From contig NC_068993.1 in assembly GCF_001194135.2 (NCBI RefSeq), positions 19,134,712 to 19,198,711 on the forward strand: DNA of 64,000 nucleotides, in the 5' to 3' direction. The translations under genes were made by a program, and so were the position numbers. The stretch's first letter is position 1. Every line of letters starts with the position of its first letter. Positions 1-10,900 of this stretch are shown here, piece by piece. The stretch is from Octopus bimaculoides (lineage: Eukaryota). The notes beneath the pieces were generated by a model. The model saw nothing but the letters and a program-made list of their open reading frames with translations. It did not search any database and had not been told where the DNA came from.

Positions 1-66
1 CTCCTCCTCCACCTCCTCCTCCCCCCTCCTCCTCCTCCTCCTACTACTACCACTACTACTACTACT
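1..66. repeat. Compound microsatellite (CCT)n-(CTA)n
   Basis: Read directly: CCT units to about 40, then CTA/ACT units to 66. Confidence 0.95.
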
Positions 67-156
67 GATATTCTAACCAAAGATCATTGACAAAATGCCT
101 ACTATCTAATAGATATACTACCAACTGATCGAACTACCCCAGTCTAAGAATTTGAA

Positions 157-160
<4 letters not shown>
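65..160 (+). mobile_element. Inverted 96-bp copy of the RLE (PD..D) segment of the adjacent R4/Dong LINE
   Basis: Matches the reverse complement of 292-387 at 90 of 96 positions by hand alignment. Confidence 0.9.
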
Positions 161-217
<57 letters not shown>

Positions 218-231
218 CATAGTAGTAGTAG
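158..231. repeat. (AGT)n microsatellite
   Basis: Read directly; one AGTCAT interruption. Confidence 0.95.
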
Positions 232-1370
232 AGAAACTTTTCAGTTTCCACATTTAGCTGAATTCTATTTCTAGGCCCTTGTATTTAGCTAACTTTTCAA
301 ATCCTTTGACTGAGGTAGTTCGATCAGTTGGTAATATATCTATTAGATAGCAGGCATTTTGTCAATGATCTTTGGTTATAATATCAGGCGTTTTGACATT
401 TGTCTATCTGCTAATAAGCATGGTAAAGTCCCACGGAATAGTAACTCTTAACCTCTGTGACTTGTTTCGGATGGTGTTCATACCAGTTTTTAGGACGAGG
501 AATGTCATAATGACGACAGACATTCCAATGTAGGCACTACCCTATTCGGTCATGTCTGGTTTTGTACTCGTTTATAGCGTGTTTAGAGCAGCTAGTCACA
601 ATGTGGTTCATGGTTTCTATACAATTATCTCATAGACTACAGTTTGGGTCAGTACCCACTGTGGAGAACGTTTGGTTGGTAGTTTGTTATAAGTAGATAT
701 TAATCCTGAGCGGCCATTTTAAAACCATCAGTTTCTGCCTTTAGACCTGAACTGTGCAACCACTGGTGTACTTTTCCTTTATCGATATCTGCTTTCATTG
801 TTCGTTTGGAATGCTGGCCATGGAGCTGTTTCGTTTGCTATTTGTTTATAAGTTTTCTCAGGTCGCTTTCTATTTTTAGCTTTTTGCTTGCCTTGTTTCG
901 CTGCTTCTGTTGGTATTGCAACTTTGGCATTATTATTTACATCTAAGATTAATTCTCTTTTATAATGCTGTGCCTCTTTAATGACAGAATGTTACTTTTT
1001 GTTCCCTTCGTTTTGATTTACTAACTGTATCATCCAGTCGTAGTTATTCTGGATGGATGAATTAAATCTTATTTTGGAGGTCTTGTAGGATAATTCTAGT
1101 TGACTGAAGCATCTACCACCTTCTTTTTGAGGGAACCTAGATTTTATGAAGATCAGCTTTTGGACGATGCGTCTTGATTGCAGTAGTTAGTCTTCTCGTT
1201 TTGGTGCCCATTCGTTGGAGTTTATTTATATTCCAGTTAATTATATTGCACTGTATGACAAAAAGTTTCTTTTCTTTTTGTCTTTGGTCAATAAGTGTTA
1301 TTTCCTATTTGCTTATATACAGAAATCAAGGGAAATGATTACTTTTCCCTTCAAACTTTGCTTTTGTGAC
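232..1370 (-). mobile_element. Decayed R4/Dong-clade non-LTR retrotransposon (post-RT region, CCHC knuckle, restriction-like endonuclease)
   Basis: Hand translation of the minus strand across stops and frameshifts gives NIINWNINKLQRMGTKTRRL, HRPKADLHKI*VP..EGGR..QLELSYKTS, HQWLHSSGLKAETDGF.MAAQD, PNCSL*DNCIETMNHIVTSC, EYKTRHDRIG..LHWNVCRHY, NWYEHHPKQV, WDF, PDI and EKLAKYK.LEIE..MWKLKV, all typical of R4/Dong ORFs. Confidence 0.85.
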
Positions 1371-1660
1371 CTGCACGTCAACATTTTGAAGCTTACCTAT
1401 TATCCTCACCAATGTTGTCATTGTTTTTGTCCTTGTGGTTACCCACTATAGCCATGGTAACAGTGTAGTTGTTATCGTTGTCATTTTATGAATTGTTGCT
1501 GATATTATTGGTGATTGGCAAAGTGAATCTTACTGACATAACTTTGGAAGAAGAAGAAACAAACGTAGGTAGACATACAGTTAGCTATCATTAGCCTGTT
1601 AATAGATTCAATAGATGTTGACAGTGAACCAATAAAGGAGGGCCAGCAAATGTCAGGATA

Positions 1661-1661
1661 T

Positions 1662-1717
<56 letters not shown>

Positions 1718-1735
1718 TGTAGTAGTAGTAGTAGT
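1661..1735. repeat. (GTA)n microsatellite
   Basis: Read directly; source of the poly-Thr ORF 1505-1810. Confidence 0.95.
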
Positions 1736-1949
1736 GCTTATTACTATCATTTGATTAATGAGTATGATGGTAGAGTTTGAGGACAACTTATTTAATTTTT
1801 TCTGTTTCAATTACCGTTGATTTCTATTCATTATTGAATGACGTTTTACTACGCTTTACAGTTTTTGCAACAAGGCAGTTTGTTAATATGCCAATCACTT
1901 ATCTTCTGCGTTTGTTATCAGTTCTGAAAATGTTTTAGTTTTGAATTTT

Positions 1950-2410
1950 GGAGGCGCTTCAATTTGTCTTGGGTATGAAAGTGGAATATTTGCATGTTCG
2001 AAAAGCTGGAAGAAATTAAAGAAATTATGTACTTACAGAAAGATGCTTATTTTAAAGCTGCTTAAGTTAAATAACCAGAGGCGTTTAAAAGTGTTCTTGT
2101 GATGTTCGCATGTTCGAATAATCAGAGAAAATGAAACTTAGATTTCTCACAGAAAATTGTAGATTTTCATTTTTTTATAAGGTTATATGAAAGAGGAATG
2201 TTGGCGTGTTCAGACAACTAGAGGAATTTATGAAATTATGCACTCGCAGAACGTCGCTTATTTTGAAATTGCTTAAGTCAGATATCCAGAGGCGCTTAAG
2301 AATGTTCTTATGAAAGAAGAGATGTTTGCATATTCAAATAATCAAAGAAAAAACTTAAATACTCAAATAATGTTGTAAATATTTATGTTTTTAAAGTTAT
2401 TTTGAAACAG
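1950..2410. repeat. Degenerate tandem repeat, period about 212 bp, about 2.2 copies
   Basis: tatgaaagtggaatatttgcatgttc at 1974 and tatgaaagaggaatgttggcgtgttc at 2186; gcttatttt...gcttaagt...ccagaggcg.ttaa...gttctt recurs in both units. Confidence 0.7.
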
Positions 2411-2533
2411 GATTTCAGTTGTACAACACGATGTAATTATATTATAATTCTGTGTCTCCAGTTGTTGGGTGGTGAATACGTCCAGCGGCTTCAAGATTTA
2501 CAGCTATTATTATTGTTGTTGTTGTTGTTGTCC

Positions 2534-4190
2534 GACAGACCGATAACAGCCGCACAAATACAGAAAGCGATGAAGAACTGCACGAAAGGCAGATGATCGG
2601 GCTTGGATGGTCTGCCCTACGAGCTTTATATTTCGACGTCAGACTTAGTTGCGGGGCTCTTAGCAGACGTCTACCACAACTAGCAATAAAATGAGAGAAT
2701 TCCCACTTTCGTGTATCAAGGGGCGGTGGCATTGCTGAGAAAGGATCCAAATAATGGGGACGTTATAGGGAATTTCAGGCCGATTACTGCTCGATGCAGA
2801 GATAAAGATTTTGGCCAAGGTTTTAGCCAAGAGGTTGCCATCTGCTCCGGTGTTCGGGTGAATGGTCACCTGTCAGAACCATTCAGCATCAAGCACTCAG
2901 TCCATCAAGAGTGTCCTCTCTCCTTCCTTCTGCATGTACTGACTCTTGAGCCACTGCTGCGGAAGTTGGAGGCTTGAGGTGTATCCCGCGTGATCTAGGA
3001 TGTGGGAGAACCGTATATGCTTACGTCGACGATGTCACCGTCATAGTGTCGAGCCACAGGCATATAGACCTGATTGGCGACACACTACAACAATATGAAG
3101 CGGTGACAGGAGCAATAATTAACGCGGAAATATCAGCGGGATTGCAACTCGGCACATGGAGTGGTAAGCCCATGACGTCCAACAGCGCTGGACAGACGGT
3201 CCGGTTAAATTGTTCGGGGTCTGGTTCCGTCCAGACCTCTAGGTGAAGAAAAATGGGACGAGGTAACCAACAAGGTGGCGAATCTCACCCAGAAATAGGC
3301 CGAGAGCAAGGTCGAGCCGAGGTGACAAATGCCTACATTTCGTTGGTCATCTATTACTGCCTGATCGTCGTTTACTGGTTGACTAAGCTGGTTCGCTTAC
3401 TCTTCTGCTTGAAGGAGCGCGTTCCACTGGTCAGGTGCTCCATGTGCTGTTAACAGCCGCTGAATGGGTCCCTATGTAAGCCGTGGTTGCTGATGCACCA
3501 ACATGCGCTCAGGCTTCGGCCTCTCCAGCGTTTCCTTGACGGTAAACGGGGGTGGTCACCGTTTGTTAGATACGTTCTCCCACAGCTAGTCTCTTTGACT
3601 GAGCTGCAAGCCTGGATTAGGCGTAGACCGAGGTGGGGCGCTTGGCACCTCGAGTGTGGTCAAGCGCTCACAGCTCGCCGCCAGGCGGGCAATGCAGTCG
3701 TTGGTAGTTCCACTCTAGCATTCTATAGAGGGCCAGTGGAGAGAAAGTGCGACGACGTGCTCGGAGAAACTCCAGGTGTCGACGAGGATCAACTTACCAG
3801 TCTTTTTCAGAAAACATTCGGGCCTGGGCGCATGGATAACTTCCGGAAATCCCTTGTCTGGCAGTGCTACCGAGGGGCGGTGCCCGTTCGGGATAAACTT
3901 CATAGGAAGGTGCGCGTAGAGCGACAAAATTGTTCTGCACGCCCTCGCCCAGTGCCTGAACATTGCTGACCTGTAGGTTTATGTCGAACACCTGCTGTCG
4001 CTTGTAAGACGGATCCGGCTGTTAGTTGAATCCATAGTGAAGATTTCCCCACCAACCTCCTTTGGCCGGGAGGGGCAGGCAATTTTTTATTTGTCTGGCG
4101 GCTGTGGACTCGTTTGAAAGAGCTAAAGTCAGACACTTTCTTCTTTGGCCAAGCTCTCATCAGCTTCTTCAAGTTTCACTAACATCCGCC
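2534..4190 (+). mobile_element. Decayed Tx1/L1-clade LINE ORF2 fragment (RT and C-terminal region), internally deleted
   Basis: Across frames: DRPITAAQIQKAMK..TKGR*SGLDGLPYELY, NFRPIT, KILAKVLAKRL, VRVNGHLSEPFSIKHSVHQECPLSFLLHVLTLEPLLRKLE, YAYVDDVTVIV (YADD-like), LQLGTWSGK, WQCYRGAVPVRDKL, RCA*SDKIVLHALAQC. Visibly more GC-rich than the flanks. Confidence 0.9.
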
Positions 4191-4524
4191 TATATATATA
4201 TTAAAGTTATGCATGGTTAGGCTTACATGTTTAAAAAAACTTTAAAATATTGATGATTTTGCTTTGTTTTTCTTTCCCCGAGTTTTCAGAGAGTCGCCTT
4301 AACGAATCGGGTCTCAAATTCATGCAGAGTCTGTTGGATAATTCCCAGCCCTACATACGCACACACACATAGACACATGCACACATACACTCGAACACAT
4401 GAACACACACACAATATTCATATCCATATAATAGCGGATATCTCTCCAAGAGTATGTATCTTTCATCTTCTACTTGTTTCAGTAATTAGACTGTGGCCAA
4501 GATGGGGTATCAACTTGAGTTGTT

Positions 4525-4575
4525 GGCACTCCGTCGCTTACGACGACGAGGGTTGTAGTTGATCCGAACACGTCT
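4525..4575 (-). mobile_element. 3' tip of SINE family C
   Basis: ggcactccgtcgcttacgacgacgagggttgtagttgatccga matches my recollection of the end of a high-copy octopus SINE; short. Confidence 0.5.
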
Positions 4576-5487
4576 TCAGCCTACAGCCTACCTCCAAGAA
4601 TTCATCTAGGTGGTTGATAGAACTTCTTCATTGAGCAGCCAGATTACCTTTCAATCTTACTCAGCCATCTAACGTTACATTTGATAAAACTATTATTAGA
4701 TTCACGATTCCTGAGAACAAAAGACAGGATGGTTATCACTGGAATGCTTTTAATGATGTATCAGCGCAATCAACAGCGACTCGGGGCTAAACAGCAAACG
4801 TAACCTACATGCAAAGACTTATATAATTACATCAAGAACATTATTTGAATATTTACTTTCTTATAACACAGTTAACATACATCTCGTTGGTTGAGAAAAC
4901 GCAATTTAGAATCGCGTCAATTTACTGCTTCTGAAGACATCAAAGAAGATACATTTGGCAGAGATCTGTTGCTCTATGCCTATGAATGTTTTCAAAGAAT
5001 GTAAATGCTATCGAAACGTTGATGTAATATTGGACAATTTAGTAGCCTTTTTGCTTTTCTTGGCAATAATTGCAATTAGTAACATTCTGACTGAAATTGA
5101 AAAATACTAAAACAATACGCATTATATCATAGATTTCTACTTTGGTTATAATCTTGAATAAGAGTCAAAGCTTTTAGTTTTGGAGAAATTGTTAGAAGTT
5201 CTATCTGTTTGCTTCGTTTCAATCGTCGGCAATTTGTAATATGGACTACAATCGGTTCCACATCTGTGATCAGTTAAGGAAAGAAACCAACAAATACACA
5301 AATACGAATATATATTTATCTAATTAAAAATATCTTCTTTTCCTTCCTGGTCATTAATTTTTTCTAGTCATTAACATTTTCAAAAGTTTGTGAATTAAAT
5401 GAGCTAAATGAAAGAATGTTTCAGTGTCATGGAAACAAAGTAGAAGAGAAAGCATAGAGTTACCAATTTAAAAACGACATATATTGG

Positions 5488-5677
5488 TCTAGAATACTGG
5501 CACAAGAGCAGCAATTTTCGAGGGAGGATGCAAGTTGAGGACACAGACTCCAATTGCTCAACTCGTACGCACTTCATAGACTCCGAAGGGTTGAAAGGCG
5601 AAGCAAGCGAACGTAAAGACAGACGAAATGCTCCTAAGTATTTTGCCCAGCGAGTTAACAGCTGTGCCAGATCTCTC
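5488..5677 (-). mobile_element. SINE family B copy (degenerate)
   Basis: Reverse complement aligns to the 58789 copy: tggcacagctgttaactcgctgggcaaaatacttagg..atttcgtctgtctttacgttc..gcctttcaacccttcgg..ttgtgccagtattctaga. Explains the spurious ORF 5528-5755. Confidence 0.8.
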
Positions 5678-6363
5678 CCTTTAAATCGACATATATTAAA
5701 GCCTGTTTGCGCTAGCACATCGCTAGAGTTCCTGAAGGTACATGAAGAAGATTGAATAACAACTCTATCTACGACATAGCAATTCAATTCCCCATTCACG
5801 TTAATTGGTACTCAAATTTCCCTTTGGTTACTGATCATTTGGAACTGAATATTAAAAATGCTAATTGTAAAGAGATTGAAACATCTGAGACACTCCATGT
5901 GTCTACGCTCTTCAATCAATAATGTCACACCTCCACAATAGGAGTAATGGGCTGTGTAATTACGCACATACGCACGTATCCACACACCCGCGCACACACA
6001 CACGCACGCATACACACACACACAAACACAAACACGCCAGACGAAAAGAAGACAAAAGAAAATTCTTTAACACATCTTTAATGATTCGTCACGATTGTTT
6101 CTGTACCAACTCAATTTGCAACGCGAGTTTATACAAAAATTGGAAGTGAAAATTTACGTAATGTTTGTAGTTTTCGACATTAGATGGGTACATTATGATA
6201 CATGCATCAAAGGTGTGCGCGGATTTAGACATTAGAGAGACACTTCATCTCACTTGAATCAAAGGTGTGACAGTACATCTTTGAGTCAAGTCTGAGAAAT
6301 TACCCCTCTAAAGTCTAAAACCGCAGACATTACGTAAAATTTCACTTCGAATGTTTGCGTAAA

Positions 6364-6949
6364 NNNNNNNNNNNNNNNNNNNNNNNNNNNNNNNNNNNNN
6401 NNNNNNNNNNNNNNNNNNNNNNNNNNNNNNNNNNNNNNNNNNNNNNNNNNNNNNNNNNNNNNNNNNNNNNNNNNNNNNNNNNNNNNNNNNNNNNNNNNNN
6501 NNNNNNNNNNNNNNNNNNNNNNNNNNNNNNNNNNNNNNNNNNNNNNNNNNNNNNNNNNNNNNNNNNNNNNNNNNNNNNNNNNNNNNNNNNNNNNNNNNNN
6601 NNNNNNNNNNNNNNNNNNNNNNNNNNNNNNNNNNNNNNNNNNNNNNNNNNNNNNNNNNNNNNNNNNNNNNNNNNNNNNNNNNNNNNNNNNNNNNNNNNNN
6701 NNNNNNNNNNNNNNNNNNNNNNNNNNNNNNNNNNNNNNNNNNNNNNNNNNNNNNNNNNNNNNNNNNNNNNNNNNNNNNNNNNNNNNNNNNNNNNNNNNNN
6801 NNNNNNNNNNNNNNNNNNNNNNNNNNNNNNNNNNNNNNNNNNNNNNNNNNNNNNNNNNNNNNNNNNNNNNNNNNNNNNNNNNNNNNNNNNNNNNNNNNNN
6901 NNNNNNNNNNNNNNNNNNNNNNNNNNNNNNNNNNNNNNNNNNNNNNNNN
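6364..6949. other. Assembly gap (first of about 20 N-runs)
   Basis: Other gaps, approximate: 7529-8132, 10783-10869, 13471-13692, 15364-15590, 16453-17321, 19540-19687, 21560-22089, 22531-22540, 26026-26204, 29505-30082, 31589-31600, 43679-43835, 49219-49381, 49723-49732, 50304-50397, 55998-56446, 57105-57460, 59577-59586, 60898-60997. Most are flanked by microsatellites. Confidence 0.95.
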
Positions 6950-7004
<55 letters not shown>

Positions 7005-7009
7005 CTACA

Positions 7010-7150
7010 GGCGCAGGTGTGGTAAGTAGTTTGCTTCCCAACTACATGGATCCAGGTTCATTCTCTCTGTATGGCACCTTGGATAAGTGGCATCTATTAT
7101 AGCCGCGTATCGACCAAAACCTTCTGAGTAGGGAAACTGAAAGACGGCAG
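7010..7150 (+). mobile_element. SINE family A, 5' half (tRNA-derived head)
   Basis: ggcgcaggtgtggtaagtagtttgcttcccaac..ggatccaggttca..ggcaccttggataagtg..ctattatagcc..gaccaaaacctt..ggaaactgaaaga; same layout as 25858, 31320, 36190 and 59907. Confidence 0.8.
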
Positions 7151-7493
7151 TCACATATGTGCATATGCATATATATGCATACGCACATATGCGAATATGC
7201 ATATATATGCACACACACACATACATACATACACACAAACATATAAATATACATGTTGTGTTGTATGTGCAATTTTTGTTAAACTATCTGTTGCTCAACA
7301 CTCTATTTCATGACCGCCAGTTCTGAACGAAACAAGAAGCAATGAAACAAACTTACATACAACGTATGTTGACACACAGAGACACAGACACATGAGCGCG
7401 TGCAAACACGCGTACACAATTGTACGTATATGCGTACGTAGAAAGTGTGTATATATTGATAAATGTTTTCATGTACTTATTTATGTGTGTGTT

Positions 7494-7528
<35 letters not shown>

Positions 7529-8132
7529 NNNNNNNNNNNNNNNNNNNNNNNNNNNNNNNNNNNNNNNNNNNNNNNNNNNNNNNNNNNNNNNNNNNNNNNN
7601 NNNNNNNNNNNNNNNNNNNNNNNNNNNNNNNNNNNNNNNNNNNNNNNNNNNNNNNNNNNNNNNNNNNNNNNNNNNNNNNNNNNNNNNNNNNNNNNNNNNN
7701 NNNNNNNNNNNNNNNNNNNNNNNNNNNNNNNNNNNNNNNNNNNNNNNNNNNNNNNNNNNNNNNNNNNNNNNNNNNNNNNNNNNNNNNNNNNNNNNNNNNN
7801 NNNNNNNNNNNNNNNNNNNNNNNNNNNNNNNNNNNNNNNNNNNNNNNNNNNNNNNNNNNNNNNNNNNNNNNNNNNNNNNNNNNNNNNNNNNNNNNNNNNN
7901 NNNNNNNNNNNNNNNNNNNNNNNNNNNNNNNNNNNNNNNNNNNNNNNNNNNNNNNNNNNNNNNNNNNNNNNNNNNNNNNNNNNNNNNNNNNNNNNNNNNN
8001 NNNNNNNNNNNNNNNNNNNNNNNNNNNNNNNNNNNNNNNNNNNNNNNNNNNNNNNNNNNNNNNNNNNNNNNNNNNNNNNNNNNNNNNNNNNNNNNNNNNN
8101 NNNNNNNNNNNNNNNNNNNNNNNNNNNNNNNN

Positions 8133-8166
<34 letters not shown>

Positions 8167-8539
8167 GAATGTAGTGTGTGCGCGTGCATAAATAATATAT
8201 GATAACCGGTAGGAATTGAATCACCCGCCTTTTTTTCTAAATATGCTTTCGTTTTAACCTCTCAATTTAACAAATACCGCTCATATATCTTTTTATAATG
8301 TTTTCTCTTCAACCCACGCACATGCTGAATTATTTAAAAGGAGAAGAGTATAATGAAAAGCCACAACTCAAACTCACAATTAGATTAAGCGGTTCTTTAT
8401 CAACATTAAAACAGGAATCCTTTTGGCAATATTTTATCTATGAACATCACTTTGCACTTTTGTTGACTGCTTAACATGATATTGTCAAAGTTGATATGCT
8501 TGATAGATATTTCTTTTACAGGTATTATGTGACGCACAA

Positions 8540-8870
8540 GATGTAATTACATTTATAACTACCACCACTATCACCGTCACGACGACGACTACAACCACCA
8601 CCACAACCCCCGTCACCTTCACCATTACCACTATCATCACCAACAATAACAACAACGACAACGTATCCATCACTGCAATATCCGCCATGTTGGTACTACT
8701 GATAATGAATTATGATGATGATGATGATGATGATGACCGCCATTATCATTTCCATCACATTCACAACGGCCGCCACCATTAACACCACCACCATCACCAC
8801 CACGACCACCACGACCACCAAGAACAACACCTCCACCACAACCGCCACCACCACAACAAACACCACTACT
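8540..8870. repeat. Mixed trinucleotide low-complexity tract (ACC/AAC/ATC/ATG)
   Basis: Read directly; produces the poly-V, poly-T and poly-M ORFs. Confidence 0.9.
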
Positions 8871-9340
8871 ACTTATCTACCTATCTACCTAAAAAATACA
8901 TTTATATCTTTCCTGTTGGCACAAAAGTTGAGAGCTAGAATTTAAAGTTTGTATTCAATGAATCGAAATATATTCAGTCGGTAGTGTACAGTTTCAGATT
9001 ATCACAAAATTACAGACCATTCTACTATTAAGGGATGGTTTCATGCCATATATATATGGCGAAGATCGCCGTGATCACAGTCGATACCTTCGTAGTATTG
9101 GGGTCCTGTGACCAATTACTTTAATATGGAATATATGATTTGGAACAAAATTTGGCTTTAAAAATAACGAGGTGGACACAGATCTTAGATTGAATGCAGA
9201 CCGACTATATTGTACAAATTCCCAGAATGCACATACATCAGAGAAGTAGAGATTAAAATGTTCTGCTCAGGAAACAGAAAGAACGAGCAAACGCCAAAAT
9301 CAAGATTACCCAGATCGTGAACTGACAGACCAATAATGAG

Positions 9341-9344
<4 letters not shown>

Positions 9345-9425
<81 letters not shown>

Positions 9426-9450
9426 CATATATATATAAATGTATATATAC
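9345..9450. repeat. (TA)n-(TG)n compound microsatellite
   Basis: Read directly. Similar arrays at 9657-9750, 10726-11075, 13170-13350, 17490-17830, 18688-18812, 21485-21559, 24800-24930 and 60830-61060. Confidence 0.95.
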
Positions 9451-9653
9451 GGTGGATTATTTAAGACTTGCCTCTTATTTCTAGCAGGTAGATGTCAATT
9501 AAGCATCATTACGATATTTCATAGCTCCTTAAAGCTATCTTAACTGCGTTCCACCAATGCTACTACTGTTGATATCATCAAATTTTGAATTTATCCACAG
9601 ATGATATGAACAGTAGTGACATCTAACTTCATATCTCAGTGTTTGAATATTTC

Positions 9654-9695
<42 letters not shown>

Positions 9696-10727
9696 ATATA
9701 TATGTGTTTATATGTATACACACATATACATACACGCGCACACACACACATATTAAAATAGAATATGAATAAGCAAAACATTTGGCATCCCTCGAAAGCA
9801 TTACATTTAAATAAATAAACATATCTTCGATCATCATGCAACTACCAAAGACAGTTTTCATTCTCGTCTTTCCTTCAGTTCTCGTCTTTCCTTCAGTTCT
9901 CGTCGAACTGGTAACTACTAATATTCTCGATTGGGGATATTCTACATTTCTATATTTTCTTATTAATCTCTTACTAATGACAGAATACTTAGCTTATGCT
10001 GAATCCTTACTTAATATAATGATCCACCTTCTTGGCTATTCTAGAAACAGCTGTAAAGACTTTACCTCTTTATCGTATCTACTCTGTACTATGTTTATAT
10101 TATTTATTTAAGCCAAATGCTTCTAGAGTGTTTTTCTTATTCCTTTATAAAATTCTATTCTAATCTATATCTATTCGCTCAAGGAGAAATTATTTTAAGA
10201 CTTAATCCTAAATCTACACCCATAATATAACGTTAATGGAAATATTTTAAGTAACCTATTTTTGCATACTACTGTAGCAAGGATGACGTTGCTATTGAAA
10301 ATTAAAATTAGCTAAAGTATCATTGGATGGTTTGATATAATATGATTATAAATGCTGAAAAATAAAGCATTTTTCTAAAGCGAGATGTAAGTGAAACATG
10401 AAAAGTATGGCTTAATATAATGTTTTCGGACTATCTTCAGTCTTTGTTGTTTTACTCTACACATGCCTCATGCTGTTATCAACATTTTACCGCCGTAAGT
10501 TATATCTGAACTCTTCACTCTAAAAATCATTGCTATCAATTTCATTGTGAAGATAATTCGCTGTGGGCTAGAAATAACAATATCTTAGGAGTCAAGTGTA
10601 ATTGGGTTTGTTACGTACAGTTATCTTTTCTTGAGTTCAATATTAATGGTTTTTTTAGAGATGGTAGTGATGGTAATGTAGTATCTTCTGAGATATGAGA
10701 AATACAAGTATTGTTATCTTCCAGTAT

Positions 10728-10765
<38 letters not shown>

Positions 10766-10869
10766 ACACACACACACACACANNNNNNNNNNNNNNNNNN
10801 NNNNNNNNNNNNNNNNNNNNNNNNNNNNNNNNNNNNNNNNNNNNNNNNNNNNNNNNNNNNNNNNNNNNN

Positions 10870-10900
<31 letters not shown>

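Noticed and set aside
9861-9904. 18-bp tandem TTCTCGTCTTTCCTTCAG (2.4 copies) resembling duplicated splice acceptors
   Set aside because: No downstream donor or recognisable coding sequence; simple slippage explains it.
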